From Monocercomonoides exilis PA203 (Eukaryota > Protista > Preaxostyla), in assembly GCA_001643675.2 (NCBI GenBank), contig LSRY02000058.1, forward strand, positions 310,001 to 374,000: a DNA stretch of 64,000 nt, given 5' to 3'. Position numbers and translations under genes: made by a program. The notes under the pieces are model-generated. The model was not told the DNA's origin. It did no database searches and saw only the letters and a list, made by a program, of their open reading frames with translations. This document shows positions 11,502 through 23,284 of this stretch, piece after piece; positions within the stretch are counted from its first letter, which is position 1, and each line of letters starts with the position of its first letter.

Positions 11502-13311
11502 AGAAGATGATGATGATGATGATGATGATGAAGTTAATGTAGAAGAAGAAGAAGAAGAATTATAACCATCCACCGACAGAGCGACAATACAAGCCTGCAT
11601 GACATGATTCGCGTTCTGATCCATCGCACACTGCTCCACAGATGGCAGCAATTCACACGAAACCGCTGAAATCGTGTCAGAATCAGCCACGCCCAGAATT
11701 CTCTGAACAACACGGCATCCAAAAGAGTCGAGGGAGAGAGGGAGAATTCGCCCTGTGAGAGAGGAAATGAGGCGATGGATTTGAAAAGGGGTGCCGATGT
11801 CAATGAACTTTTGGATGACATAATTGGCATATTGGTCGGTGCAGATGTGATAGGCGATGTCGGGGGAGCAAGGGAGGAGGAGGTTGAGGCGGGAGGAGAG
11901 GAGGAGAGGAGGAGAAGAAGAAGGAGAGGAAGAAGGAGAGGAAGAAGAAGAGGAAGAAAGAGAAGAAGAGGAGGAGGAAGGAGAAAGAGAAAGAGAAGAA
12001 GGAGTGGAAGAGGGAGAAGAAGAAGAAGAAGATGATGACGATGATGATGATGATGATGATGAACTTAGAGCTTCTGATAAGCTGACTGAAAAAGAGAAAT
12101 TTAAGTTGAAGATTAAGTGGTATAATAAAAAAATAATAATAATTTTGAGAAAGCCAGAAATACAAAGAAAACGAGCAATCAGAAAATAAGAAAGAAAGAA
12201 ATAAGAAAGACTGATAATCAATTATTAATAATTCAAACCATTTCTCATTCCTCCTCCTCCTCTTCCTCCTCCTCCTCCTCCTCCTCCTCCTCCTCCTCCT
12301 CTTCCTCCTCCTGATCCACAACCACAATCCTTCCCCTTCTGATCGGCACATTCATCCTTTTCCTCCTTTCTCTCTCTCATCTGCTCTGCTGACAGGAGCA
12401 GCGCCTCAAACTCCTCTGGCTTCATTGTCAGCTCACAGAACAAAGTTTCCTTCTCATCATCGTCCTCTGCCCTGTCCAGAAGCGACTGCAGGAAGCGACT
12501 GCCAGACTGGTCAGACGCCAGCACACGAGCAGAACGGCGGATCTTCATCAGAAGGCTCGCTACGGACTCTGTGGGCTGCAGCATCGATAAAAGCTCATGG
12601 GGATTCTTCGGAATATTTGCACTGCTGTAACTGGGGAAAGGTTGTGGTGGAGTGGACGGGGATGTCTGGAGTGGTGCTGGAGGAGGCAGTGGAGGAGGAA
12701 TCGATGCACCAGAATGTGGAGATTGGATTCCATAAGAATGATTTGTTGTTTGACTCTGCAATGGAACTTGAAAAGAGGAATGAATGTTGCTAAATCTCGA
12801 AAAATCGCCATGAAGAAGCGGTGGTTGTGTATAATCACTACTTTTACAAAGATCTTTTGAAAGGCCTCGAAGGTTTGACGATAACGCTGCATATTTTTGA
12901 GAGGCATACGATACGGTTGATTGTCTTGGTGATAGTTTTTGCGACGATGTCAATGCCACTTCTTGTTGAAACAATATTGGATGTTGACAGCTGTCGCTCT
13001 GCAAAAATGAGTGCTGATTTGTAACTAATTGAGTTGCTTTCGTTCTGTCATCATTAACTTTAACAGGGGAACCTGAAGTTAAAAAATTCATGAGCAATCA
13101 AGTCATAATCTTTAAAATAAAAACTAATTCACACCTTGAATTTTAATTTTCGATTGGCCTTCATTTGTATTTGCAAATTCAGTTCTGCAGGAAAAACGTC
13201 AAAGTAATTTTATTGTGATAATTACAATAAAAAAGATGCATACAAAGATGCAGAATCTGCATGAATAAGAGGAGTTTGAACAAGATTTACGGCTTTCTCT
13301 GTCTCGCGCAT
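6096..13311 (-). CDS. Pumilio/PUF-family RNA-binding protein (~2,313 aa) with 8 PUF repeats and a very long Ser-rich C-terminal tail
   Basis: Exons 13311-13244, 13184-13135, 13072-12239, 12085-6096 (introns 59, 62, 153 nt, GT..CAG; total 6,942 nt, in frame). Repeat motifs: DQSGSRFLQ, DQYANYVIQ, DSFGCRVVQ, DQNANHVMQ, HIYGCRVLQ, SQSGNYVMQ, HKFASNVVE, HPFGNYVAQ. Confidence 0.92.
8010..8145. repeat. Coding 9-bp tandem repeats ((PHS)n/(HPS)n) and His run inside the PUF tail
   Basis: gaggagaat and gaaggatgt units followed by (gat)n on the plus strand. Confidence 0.8.
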
Positions 13312-14100
13312 ATTTCTTAAACCAATTTTTTGTGTTTCATTTCGCATCTCTGTGGGCTATTCAAGAAAACAAATAAAAATTCATAACTTTCAAATAAATA
13401 GCTTGCTACGAAAATTTTTGTGAACCTTCCTCAAATGAGACATGTATTTTAAACTTTTAAGCGGAACTCTGTTAAAAGAAATGTTTGAACTTCGTTATTG
13501 AAATCTTATTCTTAAGAAAATATTGATTGATATGTTCAATGAATACAAGTATGGGTAATAATCTTTCATGATAAAAGTTTTTTTCGAAAAGAACAAATAT
13601 TTCTGAAAAATGATTTAAAAAGAAGCAAGTTTCAATATTGTTAAAGGACATTCGACTTGTTATTCTGAACATCTATCGAGACTTTTTTCACAACATGGAA
13701 ATTTGTGAAAAGATTTTTTTGCTTTTCTAATTTTGTTCCACGCAATATTTTCAAATGTTTTTCTCGATTTCCTAATTTTTCAACATTCATTTTTGAATGA
13801 GAAAGAAAGAATTATTGTGATATGAGAGCAGAAAAAGCTTGGAACAAATCATTGTATTTTTCTGAAAAGAAAAAATATTTTCCCCATGTAAGAAAAGATT
13901 TTCATAATTTTGGAATAAACAGCTTAAATTATTTGGTTCAAATATCTTCTCTATTTGCTAACAGAATAAATGAAAACAATTATTTTTTGTAATTTTTTGT
14001 TGGTGACGTGTTTTCATAAGCACAAGACCAGTCCGAAGCAAAAAGAAAAAAAGAATACTGGCTTAATAAAAAGGTCAAAGATAAATGGGAAACCTTTAAT

Positions 14101-15562
14101 TCAAAAGTTCATTAAATAATCAGCCACATTTTCATACAAATAATAAGAGGAGTATTCTTCACACAAATAATCCATCATTCCATGAAAGCTGATTATTACA
14201 TCTTCATATCCACTTTCTTCTAATTTATCCAATAATTCGGATTTTCTCTCTTTCAATTCTGCATCGTTGCATTTTATTACCACATTTTTATTCAACCTTA
14301 CAATAAGCGATATAAATATGCAAAGACAATCTGCTGTTAACTCATCGTCTAATGTTGGCGTGTGCATCATTTCCAAAATCACTTCGAATGCTTCAGTCAT
14401 CACCACTTCAGAAAATAAAATTTCATCTGATTTTATCAAATTCATAAATGAATCAACAATTTTTCCATAAATGCCTTTTTCGCAGCCTTTTGCTTCCTTC
14501 AGAAGATCAACAATGCATTTCATGAAGTTTTGACTCTCTTTTTCTTTGAATTCCTTGGAACAATAACCAAACGCTTCGTACACGTCTAACCATCTCAATA
14601 TCACTCTTCCATCTTCACAATCTTTTGGAACTTTTTCATTTTTCTTCACATTCACACAAAGTGCCAGCTCTTCCAATTCTCTTATTGCCTCACTTCCAAA
14701 ATGCATCTCGTTCGCAATTTCTATTTCCCGTTTTTTGGATGCGCTTAATCGATTCACAAAAAAGATCCAAGCAGATTGATATGCAAATCTTGTGAGGTTG
14801 TGATGTTCTTGATGATATTTGATGATTTCCAAGATTTCAATGAGATAAAGTTCTTGTGGCACTTTCTAATTAAAAAAGAGAGAAAGAGAAATATCAACAA
14901 GAGAAAGAAAGAAAAATTCAATGATATCAAAAATGAAAGAATATGCTTATACCGCAGCCTGCCAAATGTTGCTCAAAGCCAGCAAAGCCATTTCAACTTC
15001 TTTTTGTGCATCTTCATTTTCTTCTTTCTTTAACACAGCTTTAAGAAGGCAAGGCACCACAATTCGAGCTAAATCTTTTGATAAACGATAATCAAAAAGC
15101 ATGAGATGAATTTCACAAAGATCGATGAGTAACTCCGGGTTCTTTCCTTTCTTCTCTTCTTGAATTATCAACTTTTCAAATCTTTTACTCAAAGAAGAAT
15201 CCGTATAATATTTGTATATTTTTTCATATGACATAATGCTGTTGCACCCCATGGCCTTAAGCAATAGAATTGCATTTTCCAAAGATAATTCCTTTTTTTC
15301 AATCATTTTATCAATTTCATTAAACTTTTTTTTTGAAAATAAAATCTCTATTTCCTTAACTTCAATTTTGCTAAGCAAAATAATTATCTCTCTGATTTTT
15401 CGTAGTTGCTCAGCATATTCGTAACGCTTTAATTCAGAAAACAGTTCTTCATAAATAATAACATTAAATAAAGTTGTTTCAAAAGCACCTCAATAACAAA
15501 CGAAAAATCTTTTTATTTGGCTGTTTTACAAATTTTTCTTCAGATGAACACCAATCCTTCAT
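14101..15562 (-). CDS. Uncharacterised helical-repeat-like family protein, copy 1 (~439 aa)
   Basis: Exons 15562-15502, 15446-14953, 14865-14101 (introns 55 and 87 nt). Shared family motifs VPCLLKA..KEENEDAQKEVEMALLALSNI, EIIKYHQEHHNLTRFAYQSAW, NEMHF, KLEESGYED. Intron positions match the other three copies. Confidence 0.85.
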
Positions 15563-16131
15563 CACCTGTTTTTGTAAAAATATGTTTTTTTGAATCGAAT
15601 ATTTATTAAAAGATTTCAAAAGAAAAATTAATAGGAATCATGCCGCATTAGATTCTGAATGCATGAGCTATATAATTGGTGTGCAATGATTTCAATTTAA
15701 AAGTTGGACAGAATTAAGAATCTGCACACAGTCTGTTTGGAAATAAGGTTGATCAGAACAAATTTAAAGGAGATCATACCATAAACACAATCTGAAGAGT
15801 TTACCCAACATTCACCCTTTCAAAAAAAGATGAATTTATATTCTTTATTGTGAATGTAATACAAATTTTTTGTTTTTCTTTTAAATAAAGCAAGTTGAGT
15901 AGTGATTATTTTCACTTTCCCATCCACATCTTTTCAACTGTCAAAGATTTTTTCTAACTACAGAATTTGATATTGTGGATTTATGAAAGTTATTCAAAAA
16001 GATGATTATTGAGTTTAAAACTTTGGTTTCCATGTTTTATTTATAAGTGAATGAGGTCAACAAGTTCAAAATGAAAAATATTTGGTTCTTTAGTAGATTT
16101 TAATAAAAGAACTGTTTGTTACGAAGATTTT

Positions 16132-16618
16132 GGCATAATGCTACTTTAAGGGTACCAAAAATATTAAAAATTAGCTTTCCGAAAAGGCTAAATGTTTTCG
16201 AGTGAACTTTCATCAACACTCTTTGGTGTTGACTATATGTTTTATTTATCATTTTTCTTTTTTAAAGTTTTTGTTCTCAAAAACAACTATCCCCTAATTG
16301 AAATTTTAAATAATTTTATTATTTTTGATAAATTCATTAAACAACAATAAAAAGCCATTTTTAGGTTTAAAAATTTGAATATTAGTGCTATTTGCAATTG
16401 TTAGGGTTGCAAAAAACTCAATTCAAGCATTGAAATGAGAATAGAAAAAAGCTTCATGAAAGTTATTATGTGAATAAAAAATCACTCAGTCATTTTTTGC
16501 TTTGATCAATTGGTTATAATAAATCTAATGTATTTATAATATCTTAACATTGCATTTTTTAGCTATTTATTCATGGATTTAACGAAAAAAACGGGTACCC
16601 TTAAAGTGGCATCTTGCC
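16132..16618. mobile_element. Non-autonomous DNA transposon (MITE), 487 bp, 25-bp TIRs, 8-bp TSD; Merlin/IS1595-like termini
   Basis: Left TIR GGCATAATGCTACTTTAAGGGTACC (16132-16156); right TIR GGTACCCTTAAAGTGGCATCTTGCC (16594-16618); 22/25 complementary. Flanking direct repeat AAGATTTT at 16124-16131 and 16619-16626. AT-rich non-coding interior. Confidence 0.85.
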
Positions 16619-17001
16619 AAGATTTTGATTATAATTTTTGTTCTCGAACATATCGTTGGGGTTCGTGCAAAAGTCATTTTTTGTTGGAGTGTATTCCGCA
16701 GAAATAAATGATGTTCATAAAAGTTCTTTTCCTTAAAAATGGATGATCTGATTGAATTTGCAGATTTGATTGGTGAAATGATTCTATCCAAGAAATTTGA
16801 TAAATTAGTATTATTCTTTCAATGCTTAAATGAATATAAAATATTCTGAACTGTAGAAATCATATGCGATAAAAAATTCATCGAATTTTCTATTTTGGAA
16901 TGATAATTTTTTTGTTATTTGATATTCTTTAATATTTGCTGATCATAAGTTATCCATTATTTGATTCATTCGGTTATAAATAAATTTGTTTAGAAGATTG
17001 T

Positions 17002-18708
17002 ATGGCGTTCCATTACAAACCTCTACATCCAGTACCTTCAGGGTTACCTGAATTGCTAATGGATTTTACAAGAGAAGTTTTAAGAAATCAGCCACCAAAT
17101 GTACTGACATTTTTTATTTGTTTATCTTTTAATTCTATTCGAAAATGCATCTATTTTATGATATACTTTAACTTTAACAGATTTTAATTTTTGGTGCGCA
17201 ATATTTCCGAAGCTTGCTTAAAAAACAAACAAGCTCTCCTTTTGCTGTTGTTTGCGAAAATATTAGACAACTTTTCAGAGAGGCAGATCCTGATGGAATC
17301 GGTTATGTGAAATTTTCACAATTTCGAAATGCCTTATTGGATGAAAGATCGGGGCTGGATGAAAGACTTGCCCAAATGACTTTAGTTGAACAAGAGATTG
17401 GAGATGATGGAACATGCGATTATCAAGATTTTTTGCACATTCTAATTCCACTTTTAGATGTTGTTAGCACCATACCTATTAAAGTGCATTCAACTGATCA
17501 GCCGCGTATTCATATTCATGGATTTATTCGAGATGAATATGAGCAACTTGTTAATCAAAAATTGTTAGAATACGAATGCTTAACTCTTGATGGACTTGAT
17601 CGCCCAACTATCCGAAATGCACTTCAGGATCCTGAAATGGGACTTATGAGGAAAGAGATTAATCTTGTGATGGGCTTTATTGAAGTTAATTATCCTGATG
17701 GTCAGTTTACTGGAGAAAATATTGCTTCAAAGATCACAGACTTGCTGTGGAATGCTCATGAAGAAAATATTTTTGCATTTCCAACAGATGCCGCAACAGT
17801 AAACGATATTCTTATTCACGCGTTTGAAGATATAGACAGAGCAAATACGTTTGTTAAATTTTCATTTGAATCACATATTTGAGAAATAACTACGAATATT
17901 TTCGAATGATTTCATTTTTCAAAAATGTTAATTATTGATTTGATTCTGAATTATTTTTCTTTTTTTCTCTCGAAATTTATTTAAAAAAACATTCTCTAAT
18001 ATTTTTATTTTGTTTTATTTTGTTTTATTTTATTATTATTTTTTCATTTTTTTAATGTTTCCAAACAGAGGAAAACTTCCCGTTCTGTCTATTCAATCAG
18101 GGCTGTTTGCAGCAGACTTTGGGCTGACAGTTCTGCAGACGCACGCAATTGTGGGCCTTCTTGCAGACATCACAGCAGACGTAGATTATGTGGCATTTGC
18201 AGAGTACATCGCTCAATGGGTGGTTGTGTTCTTAAATGGAACTGATTTGGTTTGGCTTCTGTTATAGCTTCAAAAATAAAACTTATGTATTTTTTAAACG
18301 TTTTGTTGCTTTTTTTTTTTCATTTTTCCCTTATCGAAAATGGCAGAGAGAAGCAGAGGCAACTGTTGCAGGAAAAGAAAGAGAGCAATTGTACGAGTAT
18401 TTGATGGACATCTTCAAAAAAGCCGATCCAAGTGATACAGGTTTATTTATTGATACATATTTTTTTTTTTTATTCTTATTATTTGATTGTATTTTTCAGG
18501 CTATGTTACTTTTCCAACTCTTGTTTCTATTGTTGATTCACTTCCATTTACACCTCGTGAAAGATCTGCTATCCTGTCATTCTCTCTTCAATCTATCGGC
18601 AGCACAGAAGGTATTCCATATGACGTTATCGCTGAGCAAGCGTTTAATGTGTGCTTTGTTCAAAGTCGTCTTGCATTGAATCTTGTAGGAGAGACAAGAG
18701 AGGAATGA
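17002..18708 (+). CDS. RIIa (PKA dimerisation/docking) domain + multiple EF-hand protein, radial spoke protein 7-like (~416 aa)
   Basis: Exons 17002-17100, 17181-17848, 18069-18249, 18347-18440, 18500-18708 (GT..CAG introns 80, 220, 97, 59 nt; 1,251 nt in frame). N-terminal VPSGLPELLMDFTREVLRNQPPN|ILIFGAQYF is the RIIa consensus. EF-hand-like loops: ADPDGIGYVKFSQF, DDGTCDYQDF, DIDRANT|GKL, ADPSDTG|YVTF. RIIa plus EF-hands is the architecture of Chlamydomonas RSP7. Confidence 0.8.
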
Positions 18709-18950
18709 AACACGTCATTACCCAAATATTTTCATTTCTCCAGGATATCATTTTCATTTCGCCTTCAAACATTTTATTTTTTTTTTAGCTTTTATGTTAA
18801 TTCTTGTAAAATAATCTATCCGTCATCTTTATGGATTTGTTGGTAATGAGAGTAATTGATATTAAAGTGATAAATTATTTCTTTTTTCGCTGAGATTAGA
18901 AACAGAAAATTTAGTGTAATCAACAAAAACTGTACCATTATGACATAAAC

Positions 18951-21002
18951 ATGTCAACTGATCAAAAAAGAAATCAAAAGCTTCTGTTGTCTATTGACCA
19001 AGGAACAACTTCTAGCCGTGTTATCCTTTTTGATGAGGAAGGTAGAAGCTGGCCGCAGATTCAGAAGATGCATACACAGATTTTCCCGAATGCTGGATGG
19101 TGCGAACATGATCCACTTGAAATTTACGCAAGGGTTACAGAAATGATAGAAGAATTAGTAGCAAAAATGCCATCATACAATTTGGATCCAAAAAATATTG
19201 TAGGAATTGGAGTAACAAATCAAAGGGAGACAACAATTGTTTGGGATAAAATTACAGGAAAACCTCTTTATAATGCGATAGTGTGGCATGACACACGAAC
19301 CAAGCCACTTGTGGAAGAATTTATTGGAAGATACGGAAATAAATTTGCATTTACACCAAAAACTGGATTGCCATTTTCCACATATTTCAGTGGATTTAAA
19401 TTGGCTTGGCTTTTCAAAAATGTTCCCGAGGTTAATGCTGCAGTTGCCGAAGGAAGATGTTTATTTGGCACAATAGATAGTTGGCTAATTTGGGTTTGAC
19501 TTTTTTCAACCAGCATTTTTCATTTTTTTTTAAAAAAAAATCTTTTTGAATCTTAGAACCTAACAGGAGGGAAATCTGGAGGTATTCACATCACAGACGT
19601 TACGAATGCGTCTCGTACAATGCTATTTAACATTCATAAATTAAATTGGGACCGTGAATTATGTGCTTCATTTGGAGTTCCGATGTCAATTCTTCCAACA
19701 ATTAAAAGCAGCTCAGAAATTTACGGACTTGTTGCAAGTGGACCGTTAGCGGGGATTCCAGTTGCAGGATGCATTGGAGATCAGCAGTCTGCGTTGCTTG
19801 GCCACAAAGCAATCAAAGATGGAGATGCAAAAGTTACATACGGGACGGGCTGCTTCTTACTGATGAACACAGGCATCACGCCTATTCTGTCACGGCATGG
19901 GTTGGTGTCGACTGTTGGGTTTAAACTGGGTGTGGACAGCCCATGCTACTACGCGCTGGAAGGCTCTGTCGCAACAGCCGGCGCAGCTGTGCAGTGGATG
20001 ACGAAGAACTTCAAAGGGCTCGATAAGCCAAGCGATATCGGGCCGCTTGCTGCGTCGGTGAAGGATACAGGAGACATCGTGTTTGTTCCTTCGTTTGCTG
20101 GTTTCTTTGCGCCGCGGTGGATTTCTGATGCGCGTGCATCGATGCTGGGCGTGTCGCTCCAGGCAGAGCCGGCTCACTTCGCCAGGGCGCTTGAAGAGGC
20201 CATTGCGCTGCAGGTGCGCGAAGTGTTGACGGTGATGGCGTCTGACAAGCACATCTCTTCGTCTATCAGAGGAGCTACTGCAAGACACGCACCAGAAACG
20301 CCTGATTATTCTGCCTCTCCAAGTGCTAAGTCTCCCTCGTGCGCTGCAAATGCGTCGTCGTCTGCTGTTTCCATTAAAGAAGAAGAGGCAGATGCCCCCG
20401 ACAACTGTTCTGTTTCATCAAACTCTTCACACTCTAACCCGTCTCTAGTGCCTGTTTCGCAGAGTTCTTCCAGTCATCCGTCAGATGACGGCAGCTCTTC
20501 TCCAAATTCCATTGGTTCTCTTTCATCCTCACCAGCATTTTCACCCAACATGCACCGCAGCCATCCACACCCATCTCCTCTGACTTCTTCACCAACAGTG
20601 TCCTCTTCCTCTTCTCTTTCTGAGCTTGATGACTTTTCGTCGACTGTATTCTTCTCATCTGCTGATCCGCCTCTGCCTCAGAGGATTCTTGTTGATGGAG
20701 GCCCAACCGACGACGCGTTTCTGATGCAGCTGCAGGCAGACTATCTCGGCACAGACGTGGTTCGCCCGTCGCTGATTGAGGCAACGGCGCTTGGAGCATC
20801 GATAGCAGCAGGGCTGGCTGTGGGTGTGTGGAGGAATGTGGAGGAGATGGATGCGATGATCAAGCGGGAGATGATTGTGTGGAAGCCGAAGATGAAAGAG
20901 GAGGAGAGGAGAAAGAAGTTCAAGCAGTGGGAGAGAGCTGTGGATTCGACACTGAACTACGGAATATCTCTGTCAGGTGAGACTGTGGATACTTTGAATT
21001 AG
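18951..21002 (+). CDS. GK: Glycerol kinase (FGGY family), ~662 aa with a Ser-rich insert
   Basis: Exons 18951-19493 and 19557-21002 (63-nt GT..TAG intron). Motifs IDQGTTSSR, GWCEHDP, IGVTNQRETT, YNAIVWHD, FGTIDSWLIW|NLTG, TDVTNASRTML, IGDQQSAL, KVTYGTGCFLL, YALEGS, FAPRW, VDGG, EATALGA. Confidence 0.95.
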
Positions 21003-21724
21003 AACAGAATTTCTGTTATTTAATTTAATTTTATTTTATTTTTATGTATTTTCCACTTAATAATTCAAGAGTTGGCCTTGTTAAATTCGGTGAGTGATTT
21101 GCATGCTGTATTTTGGACTTTTTCTTATAATGTACTGTTTTTATTTCTTTTAGTGTTGTCTGTAATGCACTTGCATTTGTGGTTTTTGTAAGGTTTGTTT
21201 TGTTCGACAATCGCTATTTATATTGCATATTTGTTCATTTCATGAAATTTTTGCTGTTAAAAGTTTGGAAAATTAGAGTCTTTTGAAAAATTCACAATTA
21301 ATTTTTTTGGAAAAAAAATATTTTTAGTTCCGAATCGTTAGAATGGCACTTTTTTTTCAATTAAAAGCAAGCAATTTTTGTCTTTGAAATTTGATGCGGA
21401 ATAACTGAGTTCTCTTTCAATGCTTCATTTATCAAAAGATAATTGAAATAATCTTCACAATTCAATACAGACAAACTTTGTAATAATCGCATCTGTAGTT
21501 ATAAGAGTTGAAAATATCACACTTTAATAAACATTATAATATATGATATATATTTGAAAGATTTTTCTTCAGTTCAAACAAATCAGAAAAATAGTAATAA
21601 TCTGATTTTTAAAGAGTCATCTTTTTATAAGCACTTTTTTCTTTATTGGCACCAAAATTTTTTGAAATGAAAAAAAGGAAAAAGCACATCAAAAAAATGC
21701 AAAACTCGAATCAATTACTCTTCT

Positions 21725-23284
21725 CACTTTTCTTTTTCCATTTTCACGTTCAAAGGGGTCAAATTCATCACTTGTTTCATCGTCATCACACTTAATTTTT
21801 CTGAATTTTCATTTCACTTTTTTTTCCAAAGGCAATTCTTCTTCTTCAATTTCCTTTTCTTTTTCTTCAATTTCTTCAATTTTCATCTTGTGCTTTTCAT
21901 TATATTCATCCCATTCATCAAGAAGCTTTTCTTTTGTTATTTCTTTTCCGAAGAAGTCGAAACAATGTGAATGAGAAGGAATGAAGTATTGAGAAGACTG
22001 AGGAAGCTTCATTAGCATAGATCAAGATCCATTGCTGTGGATTCTCCTGTTGATGAAGGCTTTTTTGATAACTGATGAAGTGAATGCAGTGTGAAGGGAT
22101 TGTGGCAACATATCTGCAACTGATGTTCTTTTTGAAGATGAGAAGGTGGATGTTGGAGAGTTGTAGCTGTTGGAAAGCTCCGACTTCAACACTGCAAATA
22201 CGCCTCTGTCCAGTGGCTGAGATTTGTGTGAAGTTTGTGGAACGAAGATTACGACGTCTATTTCAGCTTCTTTGAACTGTCTCCATATTGTTGGATCTGC
22301 ACGTGATGAGTGCTAGCACAGGTGAAGAAGGCAACGATGAGATTCTATAAGTGTTCGCTTTCTTCTATCAATGATAACAGGCAGAATGACTGTTAAAACG
22401 AATTTTTTTCTATGACATTTTGTTCATCCAGCCGTTAGTGTTTGGCCAAATGTCAAGCGACGGTGTTAACAGCGTTGTCAGTTCTTTCGGAAGAGTTGCG
22501 CTCGGCCACAGCACGATAGATGGAAGTGAGAAGCCATCAGCAGCGATTCCAGCAACGAGAGTAGCATTCGGCATCCGTTCGGCAGTCTTTTTGAACCCAG
22601 CTTGTTCATCTGCGGGATGAACAACTACCCCTCGTGAAGAAGTTGGAATGTGAAGCGAAGATTCATCTACGTTGAAGATTAATTTTTCTGGATATTTATT
22701 TTCGTCGTGTAATGCTTGTAATTCGGTGTTCAACGGCTAAAGGACTTTCTGACAAGATGCCGCTTGTTTGTTTATGTCAACTTGTTTTGGAAGCGATGGC
22801 TTCAATTCCGGATGGCGCTTTATGAATGCGCAAACTGTCTTCAAATAATCTGTCTTTTTCTTCTTTTTCTCCTTCTTCTTCACCATTGTTAATAAAATTT
22901 TCCATCTAAAGATAATTTAATAAACAATTCAAATATCAATATCAAACCAGATCGCGCGCTTTTCGTTACGTGAGACTTGCCCCAGATCGAAATTTATTTG
23001 TAACTTCTTTTATAAAATTGCTTTTCTTTTTCACCGCGAATAATTGGTGGGTGCCCTTCTTTTGCAATAGGCCTTCCGTTTTTTATGGCTTTAACTGCGT
23101 GCTCCAAAAATTTTTTGCTGATTCCTCCATATTTAACACCGTCGACCAGCCTGACGACATTGTCATTTACAATGTGTGCTATCCTTTCAAATCTTTAACT
23201 ATATTTTCTGTAATGTAATGTAGACATTGCTTCTTTCATCCGTTTCTGCACCGCTTCAGCTTTCTTCTTCACCAGTAATTTCAT
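21725..23284 (-). pseudogene. DDE_1 (CENP-B/pogo-like) transposase pseudogene
   Basis: Pieces in order: HTH-CENPB-type FIKRHPEL, IFNVDES (first Asp), TLVAGIAADG, NGWM, LLHLC*HSSR (second Asp site destroyed), IFVPQTSHKSQPLDRGVFAVLK (third Asp). Several in-frame stops and frameshifts. Probable 42-nt intron at 22947-22906. Confidence 0.88.

Noticed and set aside
6107-12189. Many plus-strand ORFs encoding poly-E/K/R proteins and alternative-frame poly-Leu ORFs
   Set aside because: They are antisense or off-frame shadows of the TCT/TCC poly-Ser tracts of the PUF gene; GAA-type repeats lack stops by construction.
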